The position numbers and the translations under genes are program-made. A stretch of DNA of 63,015 bases, filler included, from a bacterium (GTDB lineage Bacteria > JAMOTN01): NCBI GenBank assembly GCA_027062325.1. It is 4 parts of 4 records of this genome, joined end to end, with 100 filler letters (N's around TTAATTAATTAA, not from the genome) between each part and the next. Parts side by side here need not be neighbours in the genome. Positions count along the whole stretch, not along the records: positions 26,607 to 53,717 come from JAMOTN010000054.1; positions 53,818 to 58,507 come from JAMOTN010000059.1; positions 58,608 to 63,015 come from JAMOTN010000063.1; 1 more part is not named here. One strand, written 5' to 3'. Shown one piece after another: positions 53,101 through 61,458 of this stretch. The notes below the pieces were generated by a model that was given only the letters and a program-made list of their open reading frames with translations, did no database searches and was not told where the DNA came from. Positions within the stretch are counted from its first letter, which is position 1. Each line of letters begins with the position of its first letter.

Positions 53101-53717
53101 AATTCAACATAAGTGTTAACATCTCCTTTGAATTCTACACTTCTTCCGAGTTGAGGAGTTGCCCCCTCTTCAAAACTCACCTGGCTTCCAACGCACTGTC
53201 CGTCGCATCCGTTTCCGCTAATATCGTTGTAGGTGTTATCATCAAACGACCAGTATGCAAGTAATCCTTCATCTATCCTATATTTAGGAAATGCGATATC
53301 ATCACTCAAAGCACCGTGCTCATCAAGAGCTCTCACATCAAGGTAGTATATATTATCAAGGTATCCTTCGTTATAAACAGCCTGTTTTAGCAACTCAAAC
53401 CTAACCTGACTCCAAGCATTTGCAAGGCCATCACCGAATGGTCCTTCCTCTCCATAAGAAACCGTGATCGGCGACTGAGCTGTCGGCCATGCATAAAGTT
53501 TTACCCTTCTCACCGTTCCGTAAAGCTGCTGATACCCTTCAATTGGACAGTATCCTATATAGTTGTCAAGGTAATCCGTACTGATTCCATGTTCACTTCT
53601 TATATTTCTCACAACACTAGTCGGTCCTTTCACTTTTACTCCATCAAGAAGGGCCCAACCCATAGAATGCCCGTTTCCTGCATCTCCGCGCCTTATATCA
53701 TAGAGTATCGAGTGCCA
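44184..53717 (-). CDS. Giant (>=3177 aa, 5'-truncated) putative extracellular protein with LamG, Ig-like and repeated jelly-roll/CBM-like modules
   Basis: LamG-like region (LLAYWSFD..FTIGCW..WRFLVGVYDG..FYVNG..GRVDDMFVYNRALSAQEI); D.TPP Ig-like junctions; repeated W..W..D jelly-roll patterns. The frame is open to the gap. Confidence 0.8.
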   Translation of the reverse strand, partial: WHSILYDIRRGDAGNGHSMGWALLDGVKVKGPTSVVRNIRSEHGISTDYLDNYIGYCPIEGYQQLYGTVRRVKLYAWPTAQSPITVSYGEEGPFGDGLANAWSQVRFELLKQAVYNEGYLDNIYYLDVRALDEHGALSDDIAFPKYRIDEGLLAYWSFDDNTYNDISGNGCDGQCVGSQVSFEEGATPQLGRSVEFKGDVNTYVELPNPLRNQPVSQFTIGCWYKFNGLTNENIQQIWEVKTNTWEMGMQAYFYNNSKFMRFYAYFEDGSSTRIDIEDLNNINQWRFLVGVYDGQWFRFYVNGREVGKKYVPGKKIRMISTFKLGRNYRWAAEPLNGRVDDMFVYNRALSAQEIADLYYKNVKKSNIIRVIYDATPPTVATFEIWAERYNGMEDVTEDDDKTVIRGIDALYIPVDVDDPVFKTDKFFKKVEITFISPEGKKYTVDAQNFADKSVIPIEGSAEIDAWNDSEADYEKTFWVGTWEIPLDAKEGWYDVAITVKDPAGNKATYTYEDVIYVSSPIVGVVANKRWYPGEVTFINLYGPFGKLSSYGTATLEVDFYDPKNDTLVDKWFVVGAGENWSVAHAEDVEWHIELFRPIYCSEEVIKIPVVPTYILPDRVSIEVALMLNGEKVDSKDTIVGVFKTLALPYYVGEQGGVEDGIRTMYYLKNGSTTEMVFSDRFLDNVLVAYVEPRSFRNKIAFKGWAYFDEDVTNYMVGKDKLNMGNPRDGLWRKVPVDRSRISSTLWNKALQGTKASILEVLRKLGLYTADGKIVNLGNSGELSQKISNSLVVYEKWIRQNQNLAITLKPADSIVAVILVNGGFEPSEEAIIFRNDPTVSDTVYYKVNDLTSSTGWIRLTVVVFGSGQIGLKLDGKGDAIAQPPVLLYNDSAFSNFTTEHLEKLRRFAAAHLVYEFKMYKNDGVDEDTGEILISNGYDFAKDFVPDLYSNPLFIPFDNRHDEYRAFGGDETIALRLEVNGDVKVHSTPVAFHVTNWPKEPIKDLSNLLYVPYKVKVESLGEKELTVNVVSWKRYAKLLPLLHKVSKDIDYPGNNVSMYHMNNEDKVKIQACLMLPPEGAENAGNEYDVTLTTSDWYTQNGAKVVLNFAANTFKKLEVVDWDQKLVSNVYSWKAWEYDQHEYQTLKIKRTVKYVAFKGDAPIIYKDSFQVWDISKVDRKLADASGFTSDPNVLVGDWVRVMVVVRDPLFDNKNQYLPIHKFYFRNREGRIVFEATAETASLTSAWFVEKLAPWKAAQGDIDPARYNVYYLDVNLDKFTDMGYYTVGFYVEDILLNGATAEIPAFRLNTPLMGKFEILIDKSALAAVPFEVDEWSDYKEANHLAGIKVFENLQNAYSDFAQDPEEGFMAKYSTKRDGVLEICAVPYDEVQDPDGNLSRNYFCIWTFDNDLDNWKIVGESKSDALSTDIYHYVARSLVIKPSAEAYVEVTPGTGEFIFGMWVRGDAEANHNLRFEYYDMADAVDTGAYTYWPISLKGSYTASFETVVTSAGNGVWRFVRVVVDVPECDFVRIVVPNDSAADMYIDDIFLARSDTVVVDTTPPIPCNVVIETTNPHTNAGDAGMLGAVWDKIPDIGRSAWIDESDSLPTFKENVYYIGNVQWDLRTSVGGKESLYFTPAKGESAEFRLENALIPLYLAPSSELVIWTFVHSVTTKEATIEKIIYYKPRAVVISLLDGSGGVIKKVLFGDSAVDPTAQALGAIPDTSLSGWAPLVVKADEIGVNGMEIRGISIKVVAKSDVDTHMNVDTISLREGTGIDFYLAQVQLAINEGKWIPLSKFTQGVISNFTSDLLFDENWTNGVVDDPDMAASGNKFVKQVGNGYLTHQLDQDYYVPYSQDLEMVIWFRFIGKYTSHSYIKITVNTASAPGGEITDKYSYYLANAVVIGTGAEYIGGLPPYGKWQPVSIDLEKLKGKYIRSITIQTVDFPEVDLMYDLVRVETKLNLNAGEESLALIPRIVVVDENWEDVAPGMVDTAVALSGKRSARIEAGEGFAYSFDTPYKMKTSDALVMWVRFDTSALGSVASKLKVTLDVSVDGSAKELKYMFKNRRYTWRSSFVPIATDTERDVAPIQKADKWIPIVLSYSQLVSNATGDVELKGFKVDYTGTGHINVDYVVVATAANGDSWWFLDVEKPEQVTFTEGVKPIDYEWVYAGKSAVKFDLNPSQTAYLDYTADKPYRVENGDFEALAFWVHVESSSKLPKLIRVILYGDQGQYSALWTQDVFATKEGDVIVGTVYQPTQKWNLYIVSLTELGVPVGEAIRKVRIEVESFDNSPAQIWLDSLGFETIIPAYAPTCVAAFNIPDAVKYAVRACAVDKMGNVGQWGYSRVAIAEDRTAPEITVPPVSRLNYKQIDPMVLKQLKDAGIIYVPDGLETKDLGMSIDDTLLISKEAQDITLVDGTTVTLPGFAVFDPKPSEDTSTSLNVYIDAKEPVKVLPDLRIVLDDASYEATYKSDPAEFAYYKTRYPYPEKLYGIRMIVVDSKGNFVNKVAGLVEVYEGKPARFEIVEVRTPENTWYGEQLDVSKEIIVSADDAKVNIRAIAYDKGGNVVKSSRYSALWTYASIEAKTSELLRGPQTPYTLLYPPVAPYFVKSLVPPAYGGAVTTEIKNGSCSVEFITTRRVGDRFYVFANSSLGNSTEDRTPIIKVVAGKIQYIDIKPDSPEVVVGETQDFEVIGTDSWGNEVPVDSVWTSYASTRFDEFGRVPGLGEFVMHNKTAGNALAATTSAVIGTVIAVYSNEVTSESQLRNMISYNPYSVSKYIFATERVIIKPSDKVSRLVFLYKDSTSEKNWKIYDVTWNDPSEGVVLLYPATAEYDEKAGAPSKIRLVIGSVDEYGNVRYSDYTTRVKVTMNPDKETAGIYQIDSDERKTELELTLNAGTAEFDFFDWLAEAPFVKIKLYHEASSAEVLKDATNSYYAKMLMKTVPGPLYEVVVEPKATSDKPYVIPMRSKSDFIAIGYDYYNNKVLVDYASNEKWILDIPGTNLVSYDEGEYTDAKRVEVQVGSAEVGDAAWLEVALKDRLGNVKVGRTYVEIGDFGTFDFPCAYHIIDKDMLDVGEDKIYRLTVYIKTDGKVRIRVGLAFDVDGDGKIDVTKGDVMMDIIKLGATGIPYSNPTWQKFTKDFKIVGVDLKKVKRVYLYLGKYRDPALKGAVYFDMVNFERIK

Positions 53718-53817
53718 NNNNNNNNNNNNNNNNNNNNNNNNNNNNNNNNNNNNNNNNNNNNTTAATTAATTAANNNNNNNNNNNNNNNNNNNNNNNNNNN
53801 NNNNNNNNNNNNNNNNN
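53718..53817. other. Artificial contig spacer
   Basis: 44 N + TTAATTAATTAA + 44 N. Confidence 0.97.
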
Positions 53818-54481
53818 TATTTGGATTGGCATTATCCTTCATGAGTTTAATAGTTGCAGTGTGTTGCTTCCCTTCAACGTCATAGAAAGTGTAATTAACT
53901 TCTGGAGGAAAATTTCTTTCTTCCCAACGGGCATCCAAGTTTGAACGATATTCAATATAGGTTGTTGCTTTGGCAGGAAGCTTTTCCATCATCTTCACAT
54001 TTATAGCCGTGGGCATCTGATTAGTATCAATTTCATCGGGAGAATTTTCATCAAGCAAATCCAGCATCCAACCGACCAGTCTCATACCTGTTGGTGTGTG
54101 AACTAGATAGCCATCTGCATCTATATCAAACATTCCGGCTCTTGTATAGAAATAACGGGTACCATCGGTTAATACAAAGAAACCATCTCCATCAATAGCC
54201 AAGTCGGATAGTTTTTCGGTTTTCTCAATACTTCCCTTTGAAAATATTGTTTCTATACCGCCAACCTGAACACCCAAACCTATCTGTTGGGGGTTAGTTC
54301 CTCCCTGGGTCCCTCTGGGGGCCATGCCACCTTTTATAGTTTGATAGTAAAGGGATGTGAATTCAACTCTTTGTTTTTTGAAACCAACGGTGTTAACATT
54401 AGCAATGTTGTTAGCAATTACGTCAAGTTCCAATTGATGGGCTTTTAATCCGGAAATTCCTGCAAAGAGGGACCTCATCAT
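53818..54481 (-). CDS. flgE: Flagellar hook protein FlgE (3'-truncated)
   Basis: MRSLFAGISGL..IANNIANVNTVGFK, DLAIDGDGFF, YTRAG; lies directly after flgD. Confidence 0.92.
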
Positions 54482-54496
54482 GGCTAATCAACCCCC

Positions 54497-54997
54497 TTAG
54501 TTTATTGGTATTTCAGTTGTATTTGTTTCTTCAGAAGAGGTATTGGTATTACCTTCACTGGGCAGTGATTCCAAATCTATTGGTTCATTGGAAACCATGC
54601 TCACACTCCAAATATCATAATTTTGACCGTTGACTTTGACTTGGTATTTACCATCTTTTATTTGAAGAGAATCAACTTTGCCGGTAATATATTGAGGATT
54701 TCCTTTATCATCCGTAGTTTGAATAGCTACATACTTTCCAACTACAGAAAAAGCCATATTTACAGCTAGAATTTTGTTTTGATAGTTCAAGTATTTTTCC
54801 AGACTTTCATTCATGTTTGTCATTTGCTCAAGACTTGTAAATTGGGCAAGTTGAGCTATGAAGTCTTTATCCTGTAAAGGATTTGTGGGATCTTGGTATT
54901 GAAGTTGAGTGAGGAGGAGCTTTAGATAGGCATTTTTGTCGAGTTTACCTCCTGGGGCATCTGCATATTGAAGTGTTGCTGTGTTTACAGTTACCAT
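54497..54997 (-). CDS. flgD: Flagellar hook capping protein FlgD
   Basis: YLKLLLTQLQYQDPTNP..FIAQLAQFTSLEQMTNMN. Confidence 0.93.
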   Translation of the reverse strand: MVTVNTATLQYADAPGGKLDKNAYLKLLLTQLQYQDPTNPLQDKDFIAQLAQFTSLEQMTNMNESLEKYLNYQNKILAVNMAFSVVGKYVAIQTTDDKGNPQYITGKVDSLQIKDGKYQVKVNGQNYDIWSVSMVSNEPIDLESLPSEGNTNTSSEETNTTEIPIN

Positions 54998-56752
54998 TTA
55001 TATCTCCTCCTTTTCAAGCTCCTCTAAGTATCTTGCTATATCTTCTAATGTTCCGGAAAACCTTTTATAGCTTTGTTCTCTGTCACTTTCTTGTTGTTGT
55101 CCACCTTGCTGGCCTCCAAATGAGAATTCGAATGATAGGTTTTCCTCTTCTCTAACTGAATCGACAAAGCGGCTCCAAAAATTTAATCTGCTCTCTTCTA
55201 ATTGAGTTTGAATTTTAATTTTTACGTTATCACCATGCCTTATAAGTGCTACTCCGTCTCCGTTAAAAAGCTTGAGTTGTATAAAGTACGGTTCCATTTG
55301 TTTTACGAACTCTTTTACCACCTGTATAATTTGCTCTTGGCGGACAGTTTGAATTTGTTCCTCTGTAATATTTTGATTTTGAGAAATTTGTAAATTTTCA
55401 TTTTCATGTTGTAGTTTGATGTATTGGGAAGATTCTAACTCTCTATTGGAATTAATAGAACTTGTATTTATGAAAGAGTGTTCAGAGTCTTTACTGGGCT
55501 TTTGCTTTGAAAAGTTTGTGAAGTTAGATTTTTTCTTTCTAATTTCAGGGGTCTTCTTTGTTTTATCGGAGAAAGTTTTGTCAGCGTTATTAGAAGAAGC
55601 AGTAGAAATAGTGCTTGGTGAAGCTTCTGTTTGAGCTGAGACTTTTTTCGGAGATTGCTGATTAATTTGAGTGAATTTTTTATTGTGAGTAAAAGTATTA
55701 TTTTCCAAAGTAGCGTTCATGGGGTTGATATTGTTGGAGTTTGTCTCTTCTACATGTATTGGATTTATAGAGATAGATTGATCATGTAGCTTTTGAGATT
55801 TTTGATTGGCGAGTTTATTCTGTGGTGGATTTTTTAAAGTTTTCAAAGGTTCTTTTGTTTGCTTTGAATTTGCGAAGATGAGAGGATGTGCGATCTCCTT
55901 TGAAGATGTATTGTTATTTGAATCTGTTTGTTTTGCAGAGGGTTTTTTGTCAATGGGAATGTTAGTATTTGTTGTGTTTTTAAATTTGACCAAATTTTGC
56001 ATTGTTTTTACAAATTCTTCAAGTTGAGATAGAATAACAGGAGTGTGTAAATTATCTTGTTCAAATTTTAAGTTTGATAGATTCTTTTTAAGAATCTCTA
56101 ACAAGAGTTTATTGCTCACTATATCACTTACAGATTCTTTCTTAAGATCTGGATCTATTGTTATAGAAGATACTCCCCCTAGTCTAAAATTGATTGTTGT
56201 GGGGAGGTTTAGTTTTTGATCTTCCTGCTGAAGAGTTTGCAAGGATATGGCCATAATAAGCATTATTGACGAAAAAGTTGCAATATCCGGATAATTTTCG
56301 TTTTTGGCTTTGTTAGCAAAGGGAAGCGATGAATTAGTATAAGATTTCTTATCGTTATTTATGTTTTTTAGCCTTTGGGCAAGTTTTTTTAGTTTCTCCT
56401 TTATAAGAGGGAGAGATGATAGTTCTACTGTATTTTTTTGTTCTTCTGAGAGAATGGGATTGTTTTTAAGTAAATTTGCCATTATTAATGTTTTGTTAAC
56501 TAATTTATCTGCTTCTTCGTTTGATAAGTTTTCAAACCCAAGAGCAAGTAACTGTACCACGTCTTTGGTTTCAGTCTTGAGAAGAGAGAGTTTCTTATTT
56601 AATTTTTTTTGTAATTTTACGGCAGTATTTGAATTTAAAAGGTTTATTAGTTTATTTTTTTGTGCGGTCTTTAAGATGGCTTTTGGTTGATTTGAATTTT
56701 TTACAGCTGTTGTAGTAATTGCAGAAATATTGGGAAGAGTTAAAAAGTGCAT
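54998..56752 (-). CDS. Probable flagellar hook-length control protein (FliK-like, divergent)
   Basis: Immediately upstream of flgD-flgE; long N/S/T/K/Q low-complexity region, compact C-terminal domain and Q-rich tail. The call rests mostly on position. Confidence 0.5.
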   Translation of the reverse strand: MHFLTLPNISAITTTAVKNSNQPKAILKTAQKNKLINLLNSNTAVKLQKKLNKKLSLLKTETKDVVQLLALGFENLSNEEADKLVNKTLIMANLLKNNPILSEEQKNTVELSSLPLIKEKLKKLAQRLKNINNDKKSYTNSSLPFANKAKNENYPDIATFSSIMLIMAISLQTLQQEDQKLNLPTTINFRLGGVSSITIDPDLKKESVSDIVSNKLLLEILKKNLSNLKFEQDNLHTPVILSQLEEFVKTMQNLVKFKNTTNTNIPIDKKPSAKQTDSNNNTSSKEIAHPLIFANSKQTKEPLKTLKNPPQNKLANQKSQKLHDQSISINPIHVEETNSNNINPMNATLENNTFTHNKKFTQINQQSPKKVSAQTEASPSTISTASSNNADKTFSDKTKKTPEIRKKKSNFTNFSKQKPSKDSEHSFINTSSINSNRELESSQYIKLQHENENLQISQNQNITEEQIQTVRQEQIIQVVKEFVKQMEPYFIQLKLFNGDGVALIRHGDNVKIKIQTQLEESRLNFWSRFVDSVREEENLSFEFSFGGQQGGQQQESDREQSYKRFSGTLEDIARYLEELEKEEI

Positions 56753-56952
56753 ATCTTGCTTCCACCTCCAAAAAAGTAAATCGGCTTTTAGTTGATTTAT
56801 ATGAGGTCATGATTGGCTGCTCAATTTTAGCTCACATCCTTAAACCCCCCTTGAAAAATGAAAAAATTGTTTGGATAATAAGTTTAAATAAACGAGAAAA
56901 AATAATGACCAAAGTTTGAACAACAATAAAAGTAAGATAAATCAAGGAATAC

Positions 56953-56973
56953 TTGACAAAGATAACTGGTCTT
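56953..56973 (+). promoter_or_regulatory. TTGACA + AAGA-N7-TCTT motif abutting the hydC RBS (candidate operator)
   Basis: TTGACAAAGATAACTGGTCTT; matches the motif upstream of hydG. Confidence 0.4.
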
Positions 56974-56990
56974 TTTAGGAGGTGAGGATA

Positions 56991-57449
56991 GTGGAACAAA
57001 AATTTGGTGTTCCGAAGGATCCGTCTTATTTGATAAAGGCTCTTCAGAATATTCAAGAAGAGAAGGGGTATATTTCGAAGGAAGATGCAATGGAAGTGGC
57101 AGAGTATTTAGGTGTTCCTTTAACCCAAGTTTATGGAGTTGCAACTTTTTATGAGCAATTCAGACTTCAGCCCAGAGGAAAGTATGTGATAAGAGTTTGT
57201 CAGGGAACTGCTTGTCACGTTAGAGGAAGTAAGACACTTTTGGATTTCTTGAAGGATTTTTTGGGTATTGATGTTGGAGAAACTACCTCGGATGGACTTT
57301 TTACAATAGAGAGAGTGGCTTGCCTCGGAGCGTGTGCCTTGGCTCCTGTGGTAGAGATTAATGGGACAATTTATGGGAAGATGAATCCTGATAAACTAAG
57401 AGATTTAATAATAAAGTTAAAGGGGGCTGAGAATAATGGTTGTAAGTAA
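56991..57449 (+). CDS. NuoE-like [2Fe-2S] subunit (HydC-type subunit of an NADH-linked/bifurcating complex)
   Basis: [16 protein letters not shown] and CLGACALAP motifs. Confidence 0.88.
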   Translation: MEQKFGVPKDPSYLIKALQNIQEEKGYISKEDAMEVAEYLGVPLTQVYGVATFYEQFRLQPRGKYVIRVCQGTACHVRGSKTLLDFLKDFLGIDVGETTSDGLFTIERVACLGACALAPVVEINGTIYGKMNPDKLRDLIIKLKGAENNGCK

Positions 57450-58507
57450 GATAAATGGTATAGAAAGCTTACGTAGAATGCGAGAACAAGTTTTAGAACA
57501 GTGGAGAAAAAAGTTTGAAAAAGATCCAGTTTTTATAGTGGGATATGGAACGTGTGGAATAGCTGCAGGAGCGGATAAAGTTTTGCAAGCTGTTTTAAAC
57601 AAAGTACCAGAAGAAAGAGTTATAAAAGTTGGATGTATAGGTATGTGTTGGGCAGAGCCTTTGCTAGATGTTGTATATCCAAATGGAATGCGTGTTTCTT
57701 ACAAATCGGTTACAGAGGATCTTGCGAATAAAATAGTGGATGCAGCTTTGAAAGGGGAAGTTTATAAGGAGAACATAGTTGGAGTTATAGATTTAAATCA
57801 TGAATTATTCGGAGAAGATGAAAGAAAGTTTGAATATCCAAGTTTATGGGAGCATGATTTTTACAAAAAACAAGTGAGAATTGTTTTGAAGAATTGTGGA
57901 ATAGTTGATCCTGAAAGTATAGAAGACTATATAGGAATGGGGGGGTATTCTTCGCTTGCTAAGGCGATTTTTGAGTTAAAGCCTGAGGGAGTCATAGAAG
58001 AGATAAAAAAGTCTGGATTACGCGGAAGAGGAGGAGCAGGCTTTCCAACGTGGCTGAAATGGAAATTTTTAAAAGATGCTAAGGGGGATATTAAGTATTT
58101 GATTTGCAATGCTGATGAAGGGGATCCAGGAGCATTCATGGATAGGGCTACTATTGAAGGGGATCCTCACAGTGTTTTAGAAGGAATGTTGATTGCTGCT
58201 TATGCTACAGGGGCTAAAAAAGGATACATTTACATAAGAGCTGAATATCCACTTGCAGTTAAGAGAATTTCAAAAGCTATAGAGGAAGCAAAGGAGTTGG
58301 GATTGTTAGGTGAAAATATAATGGGTACTGATTTTTCCTTCGATCTAGAGATTAAAGAAGGAGCTGGAGCTTTTGTTTGTGGAGAGGAAACGGCTTTAAT
58401 GGAGTCAATAGAAGGTAAGAGGGGTACTCCTCGTCCTAAACCTCCTTTCCCTGCTGAAAAAGGATTATGGGGATGTCCTACAAATATTAACAATGTTGAG
58501 ACATTTG
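57436..58507 (+). CDS. NuoF-like flavoprotein subunit with N-terminal thioredoxin-like [2Fe-2S] domain (HydB-type), 3'-truncated
   Basis: [16 protein letters not shown]-terminal domain; [44 protein letters not shown]. Confidence 0.9.
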
Positions 58508-58607
58508 NNNNNNNNNNNNNNNNNNNNNNNNNNNNNNNNNNNNNNNNNNNNTTAATTAATTAANNNNNNNNNNNNNNNNNNNNNNNNNNNNNNNNNNNNN
58601 NNNNNNN
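58508..58607. other. Artificial contig spacer
   Basis: 44 N + TTAATTAATTAA + 44 N. Confidence 0.97.
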
Positions 58608-59285
58608 ATTAACTTCAGCCCTTACAACTTTCCCTAAGTCTTTTTTAGCTGTAAATTTATACTCACTCCAAACACTTTCCACAACTTTTAACTCTTGCTC
58701 ATCTATATCTCCTGCTAAAACTAAAAAAACATTTGGAGAACCATAATGCTCATAGAAAAATTTTTTTAAATCCGAGGCCTTAATAGCCTCGACTGTACTC
58801 TTGTATCCCAAAATAGGCTTACCTAAACTACTATCTGGCCACAAAAACTCACTGAACAAATCGTGCACGTACTCCCCGGGCGCATCTAAGTAACTATTTA
58901 TCTCCTCAATGATCACCTTTCTCTCCTTGTTCACCTCATCTTCTTCAAACACTGGAGCCAAGACCAAATCCGAAAATAATCTGAAAACCTTTTCAAAATC
59001 CTCTTTTAGAATCCTAGCGTAAAATGAGGTATATTCCTTAGCTGAAAAAGCATTCATCGTTCCACCCAAAGCCTCTATCTCATCCGCAACATGCTGTCCA
59101 TCGTAATTTTTTCCTCTTTTAAAAACCGTATGTTCAACAAAGTGGGCCATTCCCTCCAAATCAACTGGATCATGAATAGCGCCAACTTTAAACCACCACT
59201 GGAAAAACACCGAACTTAAATGAGGATACCTTAATACAAAAACCTTCAAACCATTAAACTCGTACTCTCTCACTTCTACCTTCAT
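58608..59285 (-). CDS. M16 (pitrilysin) family zinc peptidase, 3'-truncated
   Basis: Inverted zincin HFVEH, NAFS.KEYT, ERKVIIEE. Confidence 0.9.
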
Positions 59286-59344
59286 ACATTCTGATTATAG
59301 ACGCACTACAAAAGAATGTAAACTACATCCCATACAATAATCTT

Positions 59345-61447
59345 CTATTTCCAAACATTATCTCTCTCATCATCGTAGTAATCTATCCTAAATCTGTGTC
59401 CTAAATACGCTTTCCAATTGGGCTTCCTATCCTCATTTACGAATCTATTTTTCAACTCATCTCCACTTCTTATGTCTCCACTACCCCTAGGCTCCTTGTA
59501 CTTTTTCCCTTGGAGAAAATTATCCACCGTAGTATCCACCTTTCCAGTCACACCCTCTGGCATATCTTCCATTGCCTTGGCAAGGTCACTTGTATCTCTC
59601 GCTAATTTTTCAAAATATCTGTCTATATCATCAACATACCTCCCCCTCATATAATCCTTAACTTTTCTACCAAAATCATCACTATTTCCCAAACCTATTG
59701 CCTCTCTAAAACGCCGATTTTCTCTTCCTGTCAAACTACTTGCTATATCCTCTTTGTAACTGCTTATATCCGTTGAAGGAGCTCCAAGCTCTGCCATGAT
59801 ATCAGAAACAGCTGCAGCAACTCTTGCTTCAATTTCAGGCTTTATCTTCTCCCAAGCCCGTTTCATCTCATCAGCAGCCCTATCCCAACCATTTGCCTTC
59901 GCAACATCTATAGCTTTTTCAACGTAAAGATCTGCTTTAGCCTTGTTTACAACCTTATCCATTAACTGCTTAGTAAGATTTTTAAAGAAGTTTCCCCGGC
60001 ATTTAGCAGAATCTCTCTTTAAGTGATTCCAAAACTCATGATTTTTTACAAACTCCTCTCGTTCCATAGAAACAAGCCTCTGCCACACCCTCGTTAAAGC
60101 AGGTTTAACAACCGCATCCTTATTTCTCAAAGCGGATTTCAACTCACTCTCTATATCTCCACTTAACAAATCACTTATATCACTTCCAAATATCCACCAT
60201 CCTTGGTGACTTATATCCTTCAATTTATCCTTAAGTCGATCCATTGCATCATCTGGAACATCTCTTCCCTCCATAAGATTATCCAGCACTCCCTTATTGT
60301 CATTTCTACCATCCCACGAATCATCTCTCAGCTTCCCACCTGAAATATTCCCTATCTCATAACACATCATAGCCGCTATTAATTTAGCTCTGGGTTGCCT
60401 CATTATAGGATCATCTTTGAAAAAATCGGATTTTTTCTTAGAAGCATCCTCTAAAACTTTTGCCAACCTATCTTTAACTTTCGAGTAGTCGTAATTCTTT
60501 TGAAAATTATTCAAAGCAGAATATATGCAATCTTCAATTGTAGAAGCAACCTCGCTATATACAATACTGTACGTATTATTCAAAATCTGGTCTCTCAAAG
60601 CCATGTTAGATGAAAAATCTTGCAACGCCCTTGCCCACTCTATTATCGAATCCTCCGATGAAAAATCTGGTTCAAAATCTACTCCCTCTGCTATAACCAT
60701 ACGAGCATCCCCCGGTTGATAACACGCATTTGAATTCCAATTTCTTTGATCCCTTATAGCTACTCCATCGTAACTCGCCACCTTAAATTTAAAATCCCCA
60801 ACAACCTCTCTCTTGGTCTGCGGATTTTTATACCTATAAGTGAGAGTCAACTCAGTAGTAACAACCACATGATTATCACTCGACAAGTACTTAGGTTGTA
60901 AGTCAAATCCTAAAATGTTGTTAAACTTTTCCTTCAACAATACTCCAGCATCACTGTAAGTAACGTATAAAGCACTTTTAAAGGCAAACTTTTTTAGAAC
61001 CGTATTTGTCGTAACTTTCTTTACAACTCTTTCCAAAATATGCTTTTCTCTATCAAATATATATTCTACTTTTCTAACCTTATACTGATAAAACTCGTTA
61101 TCCGAAGGAGTATCGTAAACATACCAGTAGTATTTGACTTTACCTCCATCTTCCTCTTTCCACATCCCCTCATATTTTTTCATTCCATCAACATAATCAC
61201 CTACAAACACATTTTTCAATCCACTTAAATCCGATCTCAACCTACTAAACAACACAGCTATATCTGTTAAAGCAGAACTCCTTTTTGCAAACATTGCCCC
61301 AGATCCTTTACCTGAGAAGAAAAATTTTCCAACAGTAACAATTAAAATTCCAAATACTGCAATTGCAAACAGCAACTCCGTCAAGGTCAAGCCTTTATTT
61401 TTTCTAAAACTTTCAATATTTTTTCTTTTTAACATATCTCTCACCAC
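59345..61447 (-). CDS. Large (700 aa) prepilin-type protein (PulJ/PilW-like N-terminus with long helical extension)
   Basis: Class III signal: basic leader, KG|LTLTELL, then a hydrophobic helix. Confidence 0.75.
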   Translation of the reverse strand: MVRDMLKRKNIESFRKNKGLTLTELLFAIAVFGILIVTVGKFFFSGKGSGAMFAKRSSALTDIAVLFSRLRSDLSGLKNVFVGDYVDGMKKYEGMWKEEDGGKVKYYWYVYDTPSDNEFYQYKVRKVEYIFDREKHILERVVKKVTTNTVLKKFAFKSALYVTYSDAGVLLKEKFNNILGFDLQPKYLSSDNHVVVTTELTLTYRYKNPQTKREVVGDFKFKVASYDGVAIRDQRNWNSNACYQPGDARMVIAEGVDFEPDFSSEDSIIEWARALQDFSSNMALRDQILNNTYSIVYSEVASTIEDCIYSALNNFQKNYDYSKVKDRLAKVLEDASKKKSDFFKDDPIMRQPRAKLIAAMMCYEIGNISGGKLRDDSWDGRNDNKGVLDNLMEGRDVPDDAMDRLKDKLKDISHQGWWIFGSDISDLLSGDIESELKSALRNKDAVVKPALTRVWQRLVSMEREEFVKNHEFWNHLKRDSAKCRGNFFKNLTKQLMDKVVNKAKADLYVEKAIDVAKANGWDRAADEMKRAWEKIKPEIEARVAAAVSDIMAELGAPSTDISSYKEDIASSLTGRENRRFREAIGLGNSDDFGRKVKDYMRGRYVDDIDRYFEKLARDTSDLAKAMEDMPEGVTGKVDTTVDNFLQGKKYKEPRGSGDIRSGDELKNRFVNEDRKPNWKAYLGHRFRIDYYDDERDNVWK

Positions 61448-61458
61448 CTGTTATTCCC

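Noticed and set aside
15915..58507. hydG/hydF and hydC/hydB as one physical hydrogenase locus
   Set aside because: They are on different contigs; only a functional link and a shared upstream motif can be argued.
56991..58507. Respiratory complex I nuoEF
   Set aside because: No nuoA-D upstream, an extra N-terminal 2Fe-2S domain, and FeFe maturases in the same sequence set favour a HydBC-type module. The catalytic partner is not visible, so no gene symbol is given.
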